64,000 nt of DNA from Guillardia theta CCMP2712 (lineage: Eukaryota > Protista > Cryptophyta). The notes below the pieces were generated by a model. It did no database searches and was not told where the DNA came from. It saw nothing but the letters and a program-made list of their open reading frames with translations. This document shows, one piece after another, positions 58,156 through 64,000 of this stretch (its first letter is position 1; each line of letters begins with the position of its first letter). A program made the position numbers and the translations under genes. Where the stretch lies: assembly GCF_000315625.1 (NCBI RefSeq), contig NW_005434664.1, positions 295,765 to 359,764 of the forward strand. Reading direction: 5' to 3'.

Positions 58156-58596
58156 CGTGAGCGGCGTGACTCTTCGCAAAGACGCTTCGGGAAAAAAAAC
58201 CTAAGGGGGGTGGGGTTGATGCGTAGGGTAGGGTGATGGAAAGTACCGGGTACTATGAGGGGATGTTTTATGGTAGGACATAGGGCAACGAGGTCCTGTA
58301 CCCCTCAAAACGTTATCAGAGTGGGTTTTTTAGGTGGTCACTCGGAGGGGTAGGGGTACTCTTGCCAGTACCAGGTACTTCAACGGGTAGAAACACAATG
58401 AGGGAGGGTAGGGGACCCTCTCCCTGCCCCTGTATTAGTGGTAAGGGGAGGGGGTGGTAACTAGCTGGCTGTCTGCCATCGGGTCCCCGGGTCCTGAGCT
58501 CGCCGGGCTGAGTGAACAGGCTGGAAAGGTAGGGGTAGTCTCGTACGGAGATAAGGAAAAGTTTAGTACCGACTCCGAGTCTAGCCTGTTTATTTA

Positions 58597-58775
58597 TTGA
58601 GTGAAGGTATCAGTTAAGTTTGGAGGACAGCAGTCACGGCGGCAGGATTGGGACCCTTTGGTTCTCGCTGTCTTTTCTCTTCTCGCCGTTTGGCCTGTGC
58701 GACAGTGTCAGGCTCAAGCCTCCTCGTCTCTCCTGATTGTCCTCGTACTGATTTTTAACTTAATTTTGAGTAAAG
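58597..58775 (+). mobile_element. Dispersed short element, copy 4 (both ends present, about 180 bp)
   Basis: TTGAGTGAAGGTATCAGTTAAGTTTGGAGGACAGCAG...CTGATTGTCCTCGTACTGATTTTTAACTTAATTTTGAGTAAAG. Confidence 0.7.
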
Positions 58776-58833
58776 AGACTGAAAAAGATTCTGAGAAGGG
58801 CAAACCGGAGCAAGTTACGCTGCCAGGCCCCGG

Positions 58834-58864
58834 TTTACTCAAAGTTAAGTTAAAAATCAGTACT
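58834..58864 (-). mobile_element. Dispersed short element, copy 5 (right end only, inverted)
   Basis: TTTACTCAAAGTTAAGTTAAAAATCAGTAC is the reverse complement of the element right end. Confidence 0.6.
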
Positions 58865-58984
58865 GGGTTGTCAAAAAAGTTTGGGGATGAGGGCATCTCA
58901 AGTTTGCTGTGGGCATGGTGGTTCTGGTTGGATGGGGAGCATGCCGGAGCCGGAGGCGGAGGAAGAGGAGGAGAGGAGGAGAGG

Positions 58985-61958
58985 ATGGATCTGATGCATG
59001 GATGGGTTGAATCTGCAACGATCAGGACAAAGACGATGAGCGCGGCTGCAGGGTCCCTAGATCTGGCCATTTTGTTCCAAGACGCCACAGGGCTGCTGTA
59101 CACAAATGGCGGCAAGGAAGCGCGAAGAAAGATGGAGGAACAGAGGAGTGAAGCGAGACAGCAGGAGAGAACCATGCTCCTGCAACGGCTAAAGAAAGCT
59201 GTTCAGGGAGTGTTCGCTCTTGTCATCAAAGCAGAGGATGATGATGTTGAAGCAGACGCAAGGGGAAGACGAGAAGTGGGGTCAAAGACACGTTTGCTCT
59301 ACTCAGCTACTCGGGAGGTAGTGTGGTCTGTCTACAATATATTCATGCATGGTTTGATCAAGACAGGATTCAACGAGGATCCGGTATGGTCTCTCCTAAA
59401 ACAGATTGTGGCAGCAGTCCCTAGCATTCAGTTGAATCTGCTCATGCTACAGAATCAGCCTTCTATCAAGACTCAGCGGGGCAAGGCTTGCGCCTTCTTG
59501 CATATGGCGATTGCAGACAAGTCTCTAGAGGAAATTATCGAATTCTGTGATATTCTGGGGCTCAAGGAGGACCGGTATGAAGAGTGGTCCTTCATGCGGG
59601 ACCTCGAGACCCACAACACGCTGCCAACCCTCATTGTGGGTCTGGCACAAGTGGACTTGTCGTTTGACTGGATGGTGACGGACGAATATGCTACTGAGCT
59701 GAAGAGGAAGGAGCCCTGCTCTGTCTGGGGTCATGGAGGACTCGCACCTATACCTGAAGAAGACGAGCACCTTGTTCAACGAAGGGTACAAGTGCGGCCG
59801 GTTCGTACCAAGGCCAAGAGCAAGGTGAAATTTACTGTGGTGCCGTGGCGTGCTGTGATGTGCTTGGCAGGTGGTCAGCATCGACAAGATGGACGAGAGT
59901 GATGGACATCTCTCGCCAGTAGATGTGAGCAAGTTGATCGATTCCATCAACCTCTCAGTGGACGTCTCGGAGGCCCTTGGGCACATCCCAGAGATGCATG
60001 AAGACGAGCAGAGCAGCAGCTTCCAGTGCGATGACAACTGTCCGATGGTAGGCGATTGGAACAGCACCTTCGAGGTCCCGATGACCACGGAACCTCCGCT
60101 GGACGACAACAGGACTGTTGATTTCAACGTTTCTCCTGTACTGCAGGAGCTGGACAGGAGTGAGAACGACTGTGACCATTATCTAAATCTGGAGTCTCCG
60201 CTGACCGGGAGGATCCAGCTGGGGCAGCATGTGAGTTCGCTCGTCTCTGACTCTTTGTTCAGCTCACCTGCTCCTGCGAACCGCGACAACGGAGCAGGTT
60301 CAGAGATAGTTAACGATCGCACTGTACATAAGGATGAGATTGAGGAGAACCATGAATCGAGCGATTATTCTTGGGAACCAAATGCTTCTCAGCTTCTAGC
60401 AGCAGGAGATGGGACTGCTGGAATGTTTGAAACTCCTGCTGATCGCCGGCCTCACCTGGAGGTTTCACAAGATTTCAAGGAGCTCGACACAGGAGCCGTA
60501 TTCTCCATGCGCGTCAAGTCAAAGCAAGAGCAAGTGGGTCTGAATGGTGGTGTGTGTACTGCAACACCTGACACGTGGGAGGAGGAGGATGGGGTTTGCG
60601 ATAGAAATCAAACATATCATGGGTCTCAGGGCCAGTTGGAGTCTTCTGCTGCCCAGCACAATAGCTCTTCCATGGATAGATCGTGGGGGGAATCATCAAT
60701 TGCGTCAACGAGGGATTTATCAGACCGAGAAGTTAGCGCTGCTGCAAGAGAACCCGATGTTCATCGTAGCAGAGATAGCGGGTCGGCCGAGAGCAGCACT
60801 CGCTCTCTCCGTTTTCTTGACGAGCAACCGGCGTTTGAACCAGGTCTGATCACGACAGAGGAAGCGGCTAGTAGCAGGCTCTTCCCAGCTTCCAACGTCT
60901 GCGCTGCTTGCGGGGACAAGGTGCCACAGAGTTCTGATGTGCGGGGAGGGTCTGAAGGGGTTTCAACAGGTTGGCACCGGATTCCTGGGCAACGCGAGGT
61001 TCTGCAACTACACGAGGACGTACTTCTGTCCTCGGTGCCACGTCAACGAGAAAAGTGTCATCATTTCCAAGGTCCTTAAACGATGGGACTTCACTCCTCG
61101 AAATGTCTCCAGCGCAGCCAAGGCATACCTGCAAGGTACTGCCGCTAGTAAGGCTCCCCCGCGTCCGATGTGACTGGTCCCCAGGGATCTACGAGCAGCC
61201 TCTCTTTAGCGCAGCAATGGACATCCCTCCATCTCTCCAGCAGAGGGTGAAACAGCTAGAGCAGATCAGAGACTTGAGGAGGAAAGCGAAGATACTGCGC
61301 GAGTGAGGCTTCCTTCCCCTGCCTCCCCATCCGCCTCTCCTCCTCTTCTCCCTCCCCTCATCTCCCATCTCCTCCATCAAGGAACGCTGATCAGCTGTGC
61401 CCAGTTACGTGGTGCAATGCTCAAACTTTCCCAACTCGCGCTGCCAGCAGGAAGACAGGATTGCGGCTGTGCACCTGCATGACAGGGACTACCTCGTTGC
61501 TGATGACGACTCGCTCTCCCTGCGGGACCTAGAGGAGGTAACCGTTCCTTCCCCGCTGCTGGGTGTTGATGCATGCCCCGTCTCCCAAGATCAACAACGG
61601 CATACTCAAGACGTTCCTGGAGTCGACGATCGAGCCATGGATGGAGCATGTGACGAGGCGCTGCTTGCTCTGCAGGGAGAAGGGATACGTCTGCGAGGTC
61701 GGAGGGCCCCCGGCAGGAGGAAGATTCTTTCTCTGATCCTTGTGCAGATTTGCAACTCCAAGGAAATCATCTTCCCCTTCGAGCTGGAGAAGGTCTCAAA
61801 GTGCGAACGTTGCGGCGCCATCTGCCACACCGCCTGCTCCACAAGATCGACGCGCTGCATGTAGGAATCGAGCGAGGGCCCGGGCTGGTCGATGACAATG
61901 GTGCAGGAGGTGCTTGCGGATCGAAAAGATCAAGCAGAAGAAACAGCAGACAAAGTGA
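58985..61958 (+). CDS. RUN-domain + Rubicon-homology (zinc-binding) protein, Rubicon/PLEKHM1/DEF8-like
   Basis: RUN: IFMHGL...WSLL...IKTQRGKACAFLHMAI...L...YEEWSFMRD. RH: CAACG...RFCNYTRTYFCPRCH...KVLKRWDF...HVTRRCLLCREKGYVCE|ICNSKEIIFPFE...CERCGAICHTAC. Confidence 0.85.
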
Positions 61959-62672
61959 TCGTGCGGCAGGGCCCAAGTTCGCAGTGCCCGCCGGGTCAGC
62001 TCAACTTGTGACGGCCGGCCGGCGGGCCTGCCAGGAACTTCACGTGTGACTTGACCGTACACTGTACGGTCTGTCACAGTGCCGCGAACCGTGACGGTGG
62101 CATCGTGGCTGATAAACTAAGTGAAATGCTTCCGATTGTCCCGATCACGCTCCGGCGAGAGCCTCGGAGCCTTGCTGCACTCAGCGGCAGTCGTGCGGCA
62201 CTGGCGGCGGGCGGCACTGACTGCGCGGCGCCGCCCAGCCGGTCACCACCGTAGCATCGCCGCCGACCGTACGGACGGTCCCGCCCCCGGCCGATACCGT
62301 GTGACGGTCGGCGGCGGGCCGGGCCCGGCCGGCCCGGCAGCGCGGCCCGGCGCTACCGCTTTCAGGTTTAGCTCTTAGGATCTCTTTTGTTTGCTGTGAT
62401 TTTAAAAGTGGGGTGAGCTTTTGGGGGTACTGGTTCTCATCATACCACTGTGCTCTGTCAAATGGGGGGTAAGGGTAGTTTAGCTCTCGTGACAGGATTA
62501 ACTAAAAGGTAGCGGCCGCAAAGGACTTTCCGCGACACCACCAACAAATTTCAAACCTCACATTAAATTTCATAAATACATATTGAAATTTTGAATATCC
62601 ACATTGAAATGATGAAATTGTGTCTAATTCAACCCCTCAGGTAAATATTCACGTGGATTTCACGGGGCGGCC

Positions 62673-64000
62673 ATGGCTTGGCGGGTTGGGTTGGTGGCGA
62701 TCATGGCTGGCGGGGCCCTCGCAGGCTCTGCCTCCTCCTCCCCTCCCCTCGACCTCTCCTCATCAAAAATCTCTCCTTCTCCTCTCCCTCTTCTACAGCG
62801 TTCGCCTCTTCTCCTCAAACAGGCCTCCGGATCCCTACCAGCCGGCTGTGGGATCCAGCCCTTGGGGAGGCTGTATGGCGGAGGCGGCGGACGCAGCGCG
62901 AGCAGAGAAGGTATAACAGGACAGGGCTCGAAGAAACGAGCAGAGAGGAAAGAGAAAGAAGGTAAGCATCCTCGTCCTTGCTTTCAGAAGCCACGTTGTC
63001 CATGCTCGTGCGGCAGATTTAATCATAATTGCAGGGCAGAGGGCTATCCCGAGGATGAGCATTCGAGGCGGCAAGGAGGAGGCAACTATGGATGAAGGGA
63101 AGTCGAAGATCGATGAAGCTCTGTACAGTCGTCAGCTTTACGTGACCTGAGCCTTCTCCTCCCCACCCTCTGCTGACTGGCTTGTTCGCGTACGTCAGGT
63201 TATGGGGCACGATGCCATGCGCCGCATGCAGCAGTGTGATATTCTTTTGATCGGGTTGGGTGGGCTGGGGATTGAGATCGCAAAGGTAGACTGCTGGTCC
63301 CTCCCTCCGACCTCTTAGCCTGCGGCAGGACCTTGCCCTGGCCGGAGTCAAATCGCTGACCCTGCACGACCCCACCGAGGTCACGACGAGAGACCTGACT
63401 TCACAGTTCTACTGCACGGAAGAAGACTTAGGGAGGAACAGGATCGAGGTGAGACGCTCTCCTGCTCTGCTCTCGGCGCCAGCAGCTGATCGTTGGCGCA
63501 GGCTTCACTGGAGAAGCTCTCCTCCCTCAACCCGCACGTGAAGATTGACGTGCTTGAGGGGCCGATCAACGGCACTGTCATCTCCAAGTACAGCCTTGTG
63601 ATCTGCTGCGAGAACTGCTTCGGGGAGTGCGTGAAGGTGAACGACGCCTGCCGCCACCATGGCGTCAAGTTCATGATGGCGCAAACCCGCGGGCTGGCCG
63701 GCAACATCTTTGTGGATCTGGGCAAGGACTTTGAGGTCTGGCCGCATGCTCGAGATGCTGCGGTGCATGAGACGTGCTGACACTCGCTGCCCTTCCCAGG
63801 TGACTGACACCAATGGGGAGAATCCTGTTCAGTTCATGGTCGGCTCCATAACGCAGGAGGAGGTTGGCGTCGTCATGACTCTGGACGAGCAGAGGCACGG
63901 GCTAGAGGACGGAGATCTGGTGACCTTCTCGGATGTGCAGGGCATGACGGAGCTCAACGGCATCGAGCCAGTGCCTATCAAGGTTCTGGGTCCTTACACC
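62673..64000 (+). CDS. UBA1: Ubiquitin-activating enzyme E1 with N-terminal bipartite leader (3' truncated by window)
   Basis: [11 protein letters not shown]|[10 protein letters not shown]...[15 protein letters not shown]|[14 protein letters not shown]...SQFY...LNPHV...IFVDLG...DTNGE...[22 protein letters not shown]. The upstream exon 62673-62961 splices in frame. Confidence 0.93.

Noticed and set aside
58601-58984. N-terminal extension of the 433-aa ORF and other ORFs containing 'KVKLKISTRT' (12780, 18455, 58714)
   Set aside because: These are translations of the dispersed DNA element, not a conserved peptide; the copies differ by frame-breaking indels.

Overview
Eukaryotic nuclear DNA that is gene-dense and has many short spliceosomal introns, most likely from a cryptophyte alga (Guillardia/Hanusia-like). 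The organism call is inferred from a cryptophyte-type rhodopsin, bipartite signal+transit leaders and intron style. I assembled about 16 gene models by hand across GT-AG introns: a calmodulin-like protein, a probable plastid-targeted protein, a membrane-anchored EF-hand protein, a PDZ/coiled-coil protein, a Ser/Thr kinase resembling the plant At3g63330-type, an intronless M13 (neprilysin) peptidase, a small Trp/Pro-rich protein, two coiled-coil proteins, a giant protein with 255-bp tandem repeats, an acidic protein, a myristoylated PH protein, an armadillo protein, FPGS, a DTE-motif microbial rhodopsin, a RUN+Rubicon-homology protein and a leader-bearing UBA1 truncated by the window end. Exon boundaries are manual and approximate. 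The three most novel signals are: (1) a cluster of five small intronless ORFs at 8.3-12.6 kb sharing a gapless 36-aa domain with two SIDxxG motifs, three of them starting Met-Cys; (2) a 120-200 bp dispersed element (3 long and 2 end-only copies) found only in promoter zones, with terminal direct repeats and subterminal inverted repeats; (3) two distinct intergenic sequence 'dialects' (GGGGTAC-rich and CCGG/palindrome-rich) upstream of most genes. No rRNA, tRNA, CRISPR array or autonomous transposon ORF was recognised.
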